From positions 12,915 to 76,914 of IMG/VR virus record IMGVR_UViG_3300036832_001488: a DNA stretch of 64,000 bases; one strand, written 5' to 3'. The translations under genes and the position numbers were made by a program. Positions 44,106 through 53,200 of the stretch are shown here, one piece after another. The stretch is from a virus. The notes under the pieces are model-generated. The model was not told the DNA's origin, made no database searches, and worked only from the letters and a program-made list of their open reading frames with translations. Within the stretch, counting starts at the first letter, position 1; each line of letters starts with the position of its first letter.

Positions 44106-45436
44106 TCCTTGTTTACCTGGGCCCGAGTCTGGAGCTGGAAAAGGCTAAAAAGATTATACCGGAGGCGATCTATCGGCCACCGGCTAGGCAAGGCGATATT
44201 GCGAGCGACGTCATTAATCTTAATCCCAACATCATTATCCTGATCGATGGGGAGTTTCGCCAGAACTTGAGCCCCTGGCACAAGGAGATCGTGTATGCGC
44301 TCCAGCATCCAGGCGTTAGATCTATTTACGGAGCCGCCTCTATTGGCGCTCTGCGTGCGGTTGAGCTGGAGTACTTGGGGATGATCGGGATCGGCAAGAT
44401 CTATGAATGGTTCAGAGACGGTGTGACCGAAGACGACTCAGAGGTGGCACTTAACTATGTGCGGCAAATACGGATTAAAGACAATGACCCGGCCTATACG
44501 GCGCTGAGTGTGCCCCTGGTTAACATTCGGGCCGGAGTCGAGCATTATCGGAAGGAATTTGCGGATAATCCTGCCGTAACCGAGTCGGTAGAGCAGTTCT
44601 TTAAAGTGATGCAGGCCACTCACTACAGCGAGCGCACGGTCGAGCTTTGTGAAGAGATGTGGGCCGGTGCCTTGGGTGTTAGTTTTCCTTGCATCCCGCA
44701 AAAAGAGTTAGACGCGGTTGAGGCCCTCTCCAACTTCTGGAACTATCTGCCGCAGGTAAAGGTCAAGCCCAGGCCCGACCATCTCTCGCACGCTTTCCAG
44801 TCTCTCTATGACCGGGACCGGCGTATCAAGGTTAACGGCCAGGCTGTCGCTCAGCAGCATATTGATAGCTACGTCCTACTTCATAACCCTGAGTACGAAC
44901 GGATTTGCTGGGACAGTGCCAACCAAGAGCTGGCCTTGATTTTGTGTAACGCCCTTTTTGTGATGGTCGATTTAAGCGAGGTCGAGATGGAGTCGGCCCG
45001 ATTCCAGAGCCGGTGCGAGATTAAATCCATTGAAGATTTTAACCATATGCTGGCTAACAACGGCTGGAGCCGAGGCGAATACGACCGGCTGATGGTGCAG
45101 AACGCGCGCATCCGCAAGCTGCAGCACACTTTGAGTTCTGCCAAGCATTCCCGGCGTAACACCTGCGCCATCCTCGACTATCTGCGCACCCACCAGGGCT
45201 TCGACTACTGGGCGGTTAAGGCGGCACAGAAAGAAGCCCAGATTGAACGGATGGGGATCGACGAGTGGCCGCTGGATTTAGAAACTTCGGCCTGGAAACT
45301 CTTAGAGGACCAGTTTGAGGCCGAAGGCCTGGAGCTGAAATCCTCCCAGGAAGCTTACCTGTTAGAAACCGGATTTAGTAATAAACGCGAGCTGGCAGTG
45401 GCCTTAAATCGGCTCCTGGCCCTTAAGGAGGCATAA
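44093..45436 (+). CDS. tfuA: TfuA-like protein with long C-terminal extension
   Basis: VYLGPSL, PPARQGDI, LIDGEF, WHKEI, GAASIGALRAVEL, GMIGIGKIYE, DDSEVAL, LSVPLVNIR, HYSERT, QKELDA. Confidence 0.93.
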   Translation: MSDLILVYLGPSLELEKAKKIIPEAIYRPPARQGDIASDVINLNPNIIILIDGEFRQNLSPWHKEIVYALQHPGVRSIYGAASIGALRAVELEYLGMIGIGKIYEWFRDGVTEDDSEVALNYVRQIRIKDNDPAYTALSVPLVNIRAGVEHYRKEFADNPAVTESVEQFFKVMQATHYSERTVELCEEMWAGALGVSFPCIPQKELDAVEALSNFWNYLPQVKVKPRPDHLSHAFQSLYDRDRRIKVNGQAVAQQHIDSYVLLHNPEYERICWDSANQELALILCNALFVMVDLSEVEMESARFQSRCEIKSIEDFNHMLANNGWSRGEYDRLMVQNARIRKLQHTLSSAKHSRRNTCAILDYLRTHQGFDYWAVKAAQKEAQIERMGIDEWPLDLETSAWKLLEDQFEAEGLELKSSQEAYLLETGFSNKRELAVALNRLLALKEA

Positions 45437-45438
45437 TT

Positions 45439-47466
45439 ATGGCGGCGACGACGAATGCCTTTAATAACACGAATCAGAATCAATTCGGCGGCATGAATTT
45501 TACTGACTGGAGCCAAGTAGCTGACATGTTCGGCACTTCGGTCGTTCAAGCCCTCCAGCAGAATAATGTGGCCCTTAATCAGGTAGGCTCAGTCATCGGC
45601 AAGCTGGGCATAGCTCAGCAAACTAGTTCGGGCACCTCAGGCCAGTTCGGCGCGTCTAATCCGCAAAATATTTCTTCCGGTTTCACCTTAGCCGATGCGA
45701 TTAACCAGCAGCAAGGCGGCAGCGGCAGCGCTCAGCAAAGCAATTCGGGCACCATCAATATGACCGGCTGGCAGAACCCGGACTACGCAACTAACCTGTT
45801 AGGCGCGCAAGCTCTGGAGGCCGTGGGGCTTAATCCCAGTAAGACCATGACGGTTAATCCACAGCCCTCGGCGGTTACTTCCAGTCAAGATTTTGCTAAA
45901 AGCGGCGTATCTAGTGTTGCCGGGCCGCAAACCTTCGACATCAGCCAAGCGCCCATGCCGAATCCCAATCCGAGTATCGGGAGCGTCTTTGGTGCGGTCA
46001 AGCCGCTTAACCCAACGGTCAGTGGCCCGATGACACAACAGCCCGCCAACACCAATCCTAATTGGGCGAATTGGAGTACGGCGCAGCAGAACGCCTACAT
46101 GAGGCAGCAGGGCATGCATCCCGCTGAGAGAGCCACCTATTCGCAGGAGCAGAATCAAATCCAACAGAATATAAAACAGGGCAATTACCTTAACCCGACT
46201 GTCCAGGCGACCGGAGCCCAGGCGACCCAGCCTCAGGCGTTTGCGACTCCTCCACCAATTCCGACTATCCAGACACCTCAGGTTTCTTCTCAGGTTCCGG
46301 CTAGCACTGGGACTCTTCCGCAGCCTCCGGCAGCGCCAGGAAATGCTATTGCTGGATCGCCTTTTGGGCCGATCTCTAGTCTTTCACCGAGTGCAACACC
46401 TCCAGGGCCATCCAGTATGCCCCCTGGATACGGGACGGCGATTAAACATATGGCGGGAGGCGGCTCGGTAGGCGGCACCGACACGATCCCAGCGATGCTG
46501 ACTCCAGGCGAATACGTGATTAACCGGGATGCGGCCCAACAGATCGGGCGCGGACGTTTAGACCAGCTTAATGCCGAAGGTGGTCGCCTTCATATGCAGG
46601 ATGGCGGCTCAATTCCTGGCGCTAGTCCTTCCTATGGCTATTCACCAGGGGCAGATGCCCAGAGCTTTGCTTTCCAGCAGCTCTCACCACAAGAACAAGT
46701 TGTCCTTCAAGGAGGCGGGGCGGCGGGACAACGGGTTCAGCAGAAATTTAATCAACTGGTTAACAACTATCAGGGCAGTTCTGGAACTCCTACTCCGATG
46801 TCGGCACAGATGGGCATGAACAACCCCGCTGCTACTACTGCCCAGGTTCATCCCACGGCACCGGCTGCGCCTGCAGGCCAGCCGCAGCAGCAGAAACCAG
46901 CCGGTTATTCCGGCTCGCTCGACCAATGGTTAGCTCAATATGGACATACGCCGCAGGGCCAAGCCTATATTGCGCAGAATGGGAATGTTAATGAGGTGCA
47001 GCGCTATCTGCAAAATCTAACCACTCCTCAGACGACCCCGGCGACCTCCCCGGCGACCTCCATGCCTGCTTACACCGACACTGCCCCGCGAGCTAGCCTC
47101 GTCTCGGCTCCGGCAGGCTACGGTGCAGCTCCGCGAGCTGAACTAGTTGGCTTACCGGCAGGCCAAGGCGAAGCCTATGACCCGAAGACCTACGGCATCA
47201 ATACTGGAGCCAGTGGGGCGGCAGGAATGGCCGGTAACATCGCTGGCGCTATTGGGCAAATCGCCCAAGCTTTTACGAAAGGTGCCGGGGCTAGCCAGCC
47301 ATACAAGTGGATTCAGAGCGCGATTCCCAATCCTGCCGATCTTAAAAGCCAGACTCCTGATATCGTCTTGCAGGGCCATCAAGTTGGTAAACCTAATACA
47401 CCGGGAGGCTATGTCCTTATGGCCCAGCCAAATGATCAGCCCAGGGAAGACACCTATCTGAGTTAA
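45439..47466 (+). CDS. putative ejection/internal virion protein
   Basis: Q/S/P-rich; GTDTIPAMLTPGEYVIN motif found in tape-measure/internal virion proteins. Confidence 0.6.
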   Translation: MAATTNAFNNTNQNQFGGMNFTDWSQVADMFGTSVVQALQQNNVALNQVGSVIGKLGIAQQTSSGTSGQFGASNPQNISSGFTLADAINQQQGGSGSAQQSNSGTINMTGWQNPDYATNLLGAQALEAVGLNPSKTMTVNPQPSAVTSSQDFAKSGVSSVAGPQTFDISQAPMPNPNPSIGSVFGAVKPLNPTVSGPMTQQPANTNPNWANWSTAQQNAYMRQQGMHPAERATYSQEQNQIQQNIKQGNYLNPTVQATGAQATQPQAFATPPPIPTIQTPQVSSQVPASTGTLPQPPAAPGNAIAGSPFGPISSLSPSATPPGPSSMPPGYGTAIKHMAGGGSVGGTDTIPAMLTPGEYVINRDAAQQIGRGRLDQLNAEGGRLHMQDGGSIPGASPSYGYSPGADAQSFAFQQLSPQEQVVLQGGGAAGQRVQQKFNQLVNNYQGSSGTPTPMSAQMGMNNPAATTAQVHPTAPAAPAGQPQQQKPAGYSGSLDQWLAQYGHTPQGQAYIAQNGNVNEVQRYLQNLTTPQTTPATSPATSMPAYTDTAPRASLVSAPAGYGAAPRAELVGLPAGQGEAYDPKTYGINTGASGAAGMAGNIAGAIGQIAQAFTKGAGASQPYKWIQSAIPNPADLKSQTPDIVLQGHQVGKPNTPGGYVLMAQPNDQPREDTYLS

Positions 47467-47479
47467 CATCCTTACGCAT

Positions 47480-50206
47480 ATGCCAGGAGAAGAAACTAAA
47501 CACGAACCGGCTGGAATACAGACCCAAGGTCTTTATAACCCTTCTGTTACCCAGCTTCATTTTACTCCGGTGCAGTATGCCAACTATGGACCGATGCTCC
47601 AGGCAATCGAGTCAGCTGGGTCCAACATTCTGCATTACATGAATCCATCGACTATCGCCAAGATGAAGATGGATGTGGCCAGCTCTGCTGCTGGTAGACA
47701 GTTCTTGGCTCAGGCCACCAAGAACCAATATCTTATGGCAAGCCAGGGCTATGTGCAGGGAGGACAGTTTGGGCTGCAGCCCGCTTATGAGAACCCACTC
47801 TTGCGTCAAAAGCTGGCTGGCCCATTTATTAAACAAAACGCCAATGACGGCAAGACTGAGGTTGATCCGAATTCCGTCAACCCTCCCCAGCAGAGCGGAA
47901 ATACTAATAACACTTCCAACACAGCCAATAATCCTAACCCTCCGGCCTCTAACGTGCAGCCATGGTGGGGGGGGCAGGTTAGGACGGGAGACGTCAATAC
48001 TGATGCCTTGACCAATCCTGACTATTCTCAAATCGTGCCTCGCCCAGGCTATGCCACCGGTTACCAATCTGGCGGCGAAGTGGAAGCTCAAGATCAGTCA
48101 ACGGTGCAGCAGCAGCCTACGAATTATTTCTCTTCCGCTAATGCCATTCCGCCCCCGCCGATTCCAGCTGTTCAGCAATCGCCTCAAGATCAGAGATTGT
48201 CTTCCACTCTCCCTGCCCATATCCCGTATTCGCCCGAAGCCCAGGCTGGGGCTTTTGCTCCGCAGCAGGGTGTTGGCGAGCTGAGTCCAGAGGTGTTAGC
48301 CCGTCAGCAGGCTCAGCGCCAGCTTGAACAACAGAATTTAATCAGTTGGCAGAATCAGAATGTGGGGAGCCCCTTGAGCGCCGAGGAAGCGAGGAATTGG
48401 GCGCGCACTAGTCTCGATACCGATATTAACCGCGCGGTTTACCTGCCGCAGGGTGGCCCGCCTGGACAGGGTGGCCAGCGCGAACCGGCTTATGCTTTCT
48501 ATGGGAAAAAAGGTGGCACTAACATCGTGCCCATTAGCCAGATGATAAAAGCTGGGGCTGGCCCCTTGATCGCAGCCCAAAACGCCAGCCAAACCCTAAA
48601 TCACAACGAGCAAAACCAGCCACAGCAAAACCAACCGCAACCCGGCCAGCCTGCCGGAGCAACGCCTCCCTGGACCTCTTCAGGACAAAACCCTCCCACA
48701 AGTCCAATGCAGCCGGTGCCTGGGACTAATCCTAATGGCGTTCAACCCATACCGAATGCACAGCCTCCTGGGAATGGTCCGCTCACGGCTGGGATGCCCC
48801 CAGCGGCTCCCGGCGGGACGACGCCCGGTGCTCAAGTGCCCCAACTACCGGGCGGCGGAACTAACTGGGGCGCAATACCGGGGCAATTACCGAATGACGT
48901 GTTTAACCAGCGGGTGGCAGCGGCAACTAACACCGCTCAGACCGGGGGCCCATCACTTGGCCAGCTCTACGCCAGCACTAACAATCCAGCTGCCGCTGTA
49001 AGCCAGGACTTTGTCAAGGCTAACACCGGAGCAACCGCAGAAGATATCGCCCAGGCTAAAGCCAATCTTCAATCTAGACTCTCTAGCGGAGATTCTACAG
49101 TAAATCGGGACGCCGATGGCAACCCGTCCCTAGGCAGGCTCGGTGATTTTCAGTATTACCAATCCGATAATGGTAAGGGATTAGCCTATGCTGATCGCGA
49201 TGGTGAGGGCGGTTTTTACCGGGAGCGGCTCTGGGAAGGCGACACTCAGTGGAAACCTATCCTGCCCAATGCCAATCAAGCCCGCCAGGATTTATTAAAC
49301 ACACAGTACGGCAAGACGCTTGGCATTCAGAAAATCAGTCAGATGAACGCGCAGCAGCTCTCTGATGCGCTCTACAGTGATTACTACATACACAGCATCT
49401 TGCCAAGCATGCCCAACTTGGAGCCTGGGCAAGCCACCAAGATAGAAAATTCCTATTATAAGATCTTGAGCGGCAACCGGTTGATCCATGCTTTAGAGGG
49501 CCAAGATCCAGGGGATTTCAACTATTCCGCGCAGGGCGTCAACTTAGCCAATCGCGCTGGGCAAGGTCTTTTTTCAAAAAACCCGCAGGGGCCGATCCAG
49601 CAGGTCGGAAATGCTCTGTCCTCACTACTGGGACTTGCAGCTGGCCCCAAGAAGGAAAACGACCGGCTAACCTTTGTCCAACAACAGGAAGCTAGCTTAA
49701 TCAACCGGATGCATAATAAACCGGAAGGTTCCGAGATAAATCCTTTGGACTGGGTAGCTGGCGACAACGAGCTAGGTGGGATCGGCACCGGCAGTGCTAA
49801 TGCTCTGGATGCTTTAAAGAGGAAAGTTAGCGGGTGGCAGACAGAGTGGAATAACGACATGTTCGCAGCCAGGGCTAATAAGTCGCGCATGCCCGGTGCC
49901 TGGAACGATCTCATGAACGATTTCAATGCTGGGAAACCTTGGTATGATCCGCAGGATACCTATGGTCCCGGCAGGAAACAGCCCAACGAGATCGGTCCAT
50001 TAGCAGCGGCGGATGCTGCCCATACAACGCTGGCTCCGCGTGTAACCAATAGTCCTGCGCCTCCAGCTCCTGGCGCAGGCAGACCTACTCAGGGCGCGGG
50101 TTCCAGCCGCGACAATCCGATAGTTGTGCATAGCGATGATCAATTTAACAGTCTGCCACAAGGCACGCACTGGAGGGATGAACAAGGCAACGAGGGACAA
50201 AAGTGA
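47480..50206 (+). CDS. putative ejection/internal virion protein
   Basis: 908 aa, Q/N/P-rich; C-terminal DDQFNSLPQGTHWRDEQGNEGQK motif. Confidence 0.6.
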   Translation: MPGEETKHEPAGIQTQGLYNPSVTQLHFTPVQYANYGPMLQAIESAGSNILHYMNPSTIAKMKMDVASSAAGRQFLAQATKNQYLMASQGYVQGGQFGLQPAYENPLLRQKLAGPFIKQNANDGKTEVDPNSVNPPQQSGNTNNTSNTANNPNPPASNVQPWWGGQVRTGDVNTDALTNPDYSQIVPRPGYATGYQSGGEVEAQDQSTVQQQPTNYFSSANAIPPPPIPAVQQSPQDQRLSSTLPAHIPYSPEAQAGAFAPQQGVGELSPEVLARQQAQRQLEQQNLISWQNQNVGSPLSAEEARNWARTSLDTDINRAVYLPQGGPPGQGGQREPAYAFYGKKGGTNIVPISQMIKAGAGPLIAAQNASQTLNHNEQNQPQQNQPQPGQPAGATPPWTSSGQNPPTSPMQPVPGTNPNGVQPIPNAQPPGNGPLTAGMPPAAPGGTTPGAQVPQLPGGGTNWGAIPGQLPNDVFNQRVAAATNTAQTGGPSLGQLYASTNNPAAAVSQDFVKANTGATAEDIAQAKANLQSRLSSGDSTVNRDADGNPSLGRLGDFQYYQSDNGKGLAYADRDGEGGFYRERLWEGDTQWKPILPNANQARQDLLNTQYGKTLGIQKISQMNAQQLSDALYSDYYIHSILPSMPNLEPGQATKIENSYYKILSGNRLIHALEGQDPGDFNYSAQGVNLANRAGQGLFSKNPQGPIQQVGNALSSLLGLAAGPKKENDRLTFVQQQEASLINRMHNKPEGSEINPLDWVAGDNELGGIGTGSANALDALKRKVSGWQTEWNNDMFAARANKSRMPGAWNDLMNDFNAGKPWYDPQDTYGPGRKQPNEIGPLAAADAAHTTLAPRVTNSPAPPAPGAGRPTQGAGSSRDNPIVVHSDDQFNSLPQGTHWRDEQGNEGQK

Positions 50207-53200
50207 ATGGCCGCTCTCACTCAAGACCAGCTCGATCAGCTGAAGGCTGCTGCTGAAAAAGAAAAGGCGCGTGCCCCCGGCGCATCCACTCCTGGCTATG
50301 CTCTGCCGACTGCGCCCGCTGCCCCTGACGGGGCGCAGCCTCAGCCGCCGCCAGACCAAGGTCAGCAGATAGGGCGAGCTAATGCTGCAGCCGCTGGCAT
50401 TACGACCCCGGCTGGTCCGCGTTCGCTTGAGAGCGCATCCACTCCTGGCTATGGCATAACCACACTCCCAGCGCCAGCTGCGCCTGATGGCAACGCCCCT
50501 CCTAGCCAGACGCCTCAAGCTCAAACCCCGGCGCAGACACCTCAGGACAATGAGTTTAGTAATCCCGGCACTAACATCCCGGCTGGTTACCGGGCACCGG
50601 CAGTCAAGGCTGAGCCGACCGACGATGAGTTAAATCAGAAAAGCGCTGACGATCTGTTCCCTTATTTCTCTACCTCAAATGACGTTAACCCAGACCGGGC
50701 TGCAGCCTTCTGGCAAAATAAGAAGAATCAGGAACTCAGTAATCAGAGCTTCGATAACAACAAAGCGGTGCTGTGGAACGATCTATCCAACGTATGGAAT
50801 AAAATCGTTCAGACAAAGGGCGTCGTTCCCAACACAATTAACTATTTTAAGAGCATCGTTAACTCTCTTGGCGGAAGTGGCGATGATGTCTTACAAGCTT
50901 TCGGCAACCAAAACGCGATTGATTATCGCCAGGATCTAGATGGCAAACTGGCGAACAACACTATCAGCCAGCAAACTCACGACCAGAGTATGGCGTTAGT
51001 AGATCAGGCTCAAAAGCTGCAAGACAAACTGGCCTTCGAGAAGCTAAGCCCCCAGGAACAGCAAGATATTAAAGTTCAGATTGCTGGACTACTCACGAAA
51101 TCTGATTCTGACTTTGCCCAGCATCAGCAGACCAAGGCTTTTCAGCAGGTTTTCACTGGCCTCAATCTCACTTGGAACAAGATGCGTGCGGTGAGTCACG
51201 CCCTGGATGATTTCGATAACTATGACCTTAATCCACCAGGGTTTGATTGGCAGAAATATTTTACGGGCCGGGATTCTGCCGCCAGCTGGCCGACCAAAAA
51301 GTTAGCGGCCTTTTTCAGTGCTCATCGCCCGGTTGCTCAAGCTATTAGTCAGGGAGAAAGCGGTCAGGTTCCAGGCTGGGTCAAAGGGTTTAACCAATGG
51401 GATATAGACTGGAAAAAGCGCATGGGTTTGCTACCCAGTACAGCGGAGTACGCCTCCCCTGAACAGTTAGCTAAAGAAGGGAGCCCGATTTCCACCCAGC
51501 GGATTCAAGACACCTCTGATATCTCTAATTTGGCTCTGCAACTGGCGTTAGATCCAGCCCTGGGAATAGAAAACTCCATGGAGCTAGCCAGCTCTAAACT
51601 GTTAGGCGGCTCAGCTAAGGTCGCCGGATTGGGGCCACCAATAGCCGGACTCACCCAAAAGCTCTGGAACAGTGGCGTAATGGAGCCGATACGGCGCGGA
51701 GTCGCCTATTACGAGACTTTCTTTCAGCATAACCCAATGTTGGGCTTGGCGTGGACGATGGGCGGCGGAATGGCTAACCTCGGATTGGGCGCTTATCGGA
51801 GGTGGGGGCACCTTGCCAGCGACGTGCTGGATGACGCCGCTAAGATGAACTTTGAGCAGGGTGGCCCCATGTCACTGCTTAGTCGCGGCGCGCGGCTTAC
51901 TAGTGACTCCATTGTTCATTCCCTGCCTTATGCGCTTTTAAATAGCGATGGGGATTCTAACCGGTTCTGGGATAATCTGACTACACTGGCCCCAGTCCAA
52001 TTTGCTGCCAGAGCCATTCCTCAGGCCGGGCAAGCCGTAGGGACCGAGTTAGGTGACAATCTCTTTGGGCGGCTGGGAGAATTCCGTGACACTACACCGG
52101 TTGATTATCCTGGGCCTGACCCGAATTTAAATGCGCATTCGCAGGCTAACCTTCAGGACGTCCCTCGCGATGAGAAGAATCAGTTCGCTACTCTCCAGCA
52201 TTTTCAAAACGGCAACACGCGGCTTTATTTAGTCACGCCTGAAGTAGCCGATGATTATCAGGCACGTTTTGGGGGCGATGCCCAGCCCCGGCCTTACGGT
52301 TTCTGGGTAGGGCCAGATCGGACGGGGACTGGCCAGGGAGCAGCCTTTGTCCTCAAAGATCGCATTAAAGAAGCAGCCGGACACGAGGCGACTCACGGAG
52401 TCTTTTTCTCTGCTTCTAAAGAGGACCAAGAAGCGCTGATGAATAATGCGCTCAAGTACAATGATCCAGACAAATTCATTCAGGATCATTACAACCAGAA
52501 AGCTACTTACGCCTCACTGCCGGAAGACGCGCCCTCAGCCGATCCGACGATGCTCTCTAAGAAGTTGGTTCGCACCGAGATGGCAGTCGAGTCACTCAAA
52601 CAATGGTTTAACGCGCGAAACGCCGAGCAATACACAAAACAAAACCCAGGGTTATTACGCAGCATTCGCATGGTAGCTGGCAGCTGGCTGGAACGGATCG
52701 GGATTCCTACCCAGACCTTCAAGTCAACCAGCGAGATGGGCATCAATCCCTATTTCGCTAACGGGCTTATCTCAGACGGCCTATGGCGCAAAGCGGCCAG
52801 GGGCTATCAGATGAATCCCAAAGATCCCAGCTGGCCGGTGGGCAATTGGCCGCTGAACCCTGGGGATACGTGGGACACTACTGGGCGACCGCCGCCGAAA
52901 ACTCCCCCGCCGACCACGCCGCCGCCAAAAACGCCCCCAACTCCTACTACTCCGGCTGAAGGCGCGCTTCACGAGCAACAGACCGGCATGAGTCCAGAGG
53001 TTCAGGCCGCTACTGGAAAAGGACCGACCGCTACTCCGGTTGATGAGTCGGTGATCCAGGGCTTGATGAAACAGGGTTTTACCCGAGCGCAGGCCGAAGC
53101 TTTCGCAGCCAAGGGCACCGTGAGTCCGGTTAATGAGCCTCCTAAACCGACTGAGCCAGCGCCGCCCACTGCGCCTCCAGCCCAGGAAGAGATTGCGCGC

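Noticed and set aside
42885-45436. Conventional RiPP (thioamitide) biosynthetic gene cluster or host-DNA contamination
   Set aside because: No precursor, transporter or tailoring genes adjacent, and both ends are tightly coupled to phage structural genes; a distant precursor among the microproteins cannot be excluded
45439-47466. Siphovirus tape-measure protein
   Set aside because: Only the short GTDTIPAMLTPGEYV motif matches; no tail tube or chaperone genes, and the context is podovirus-like
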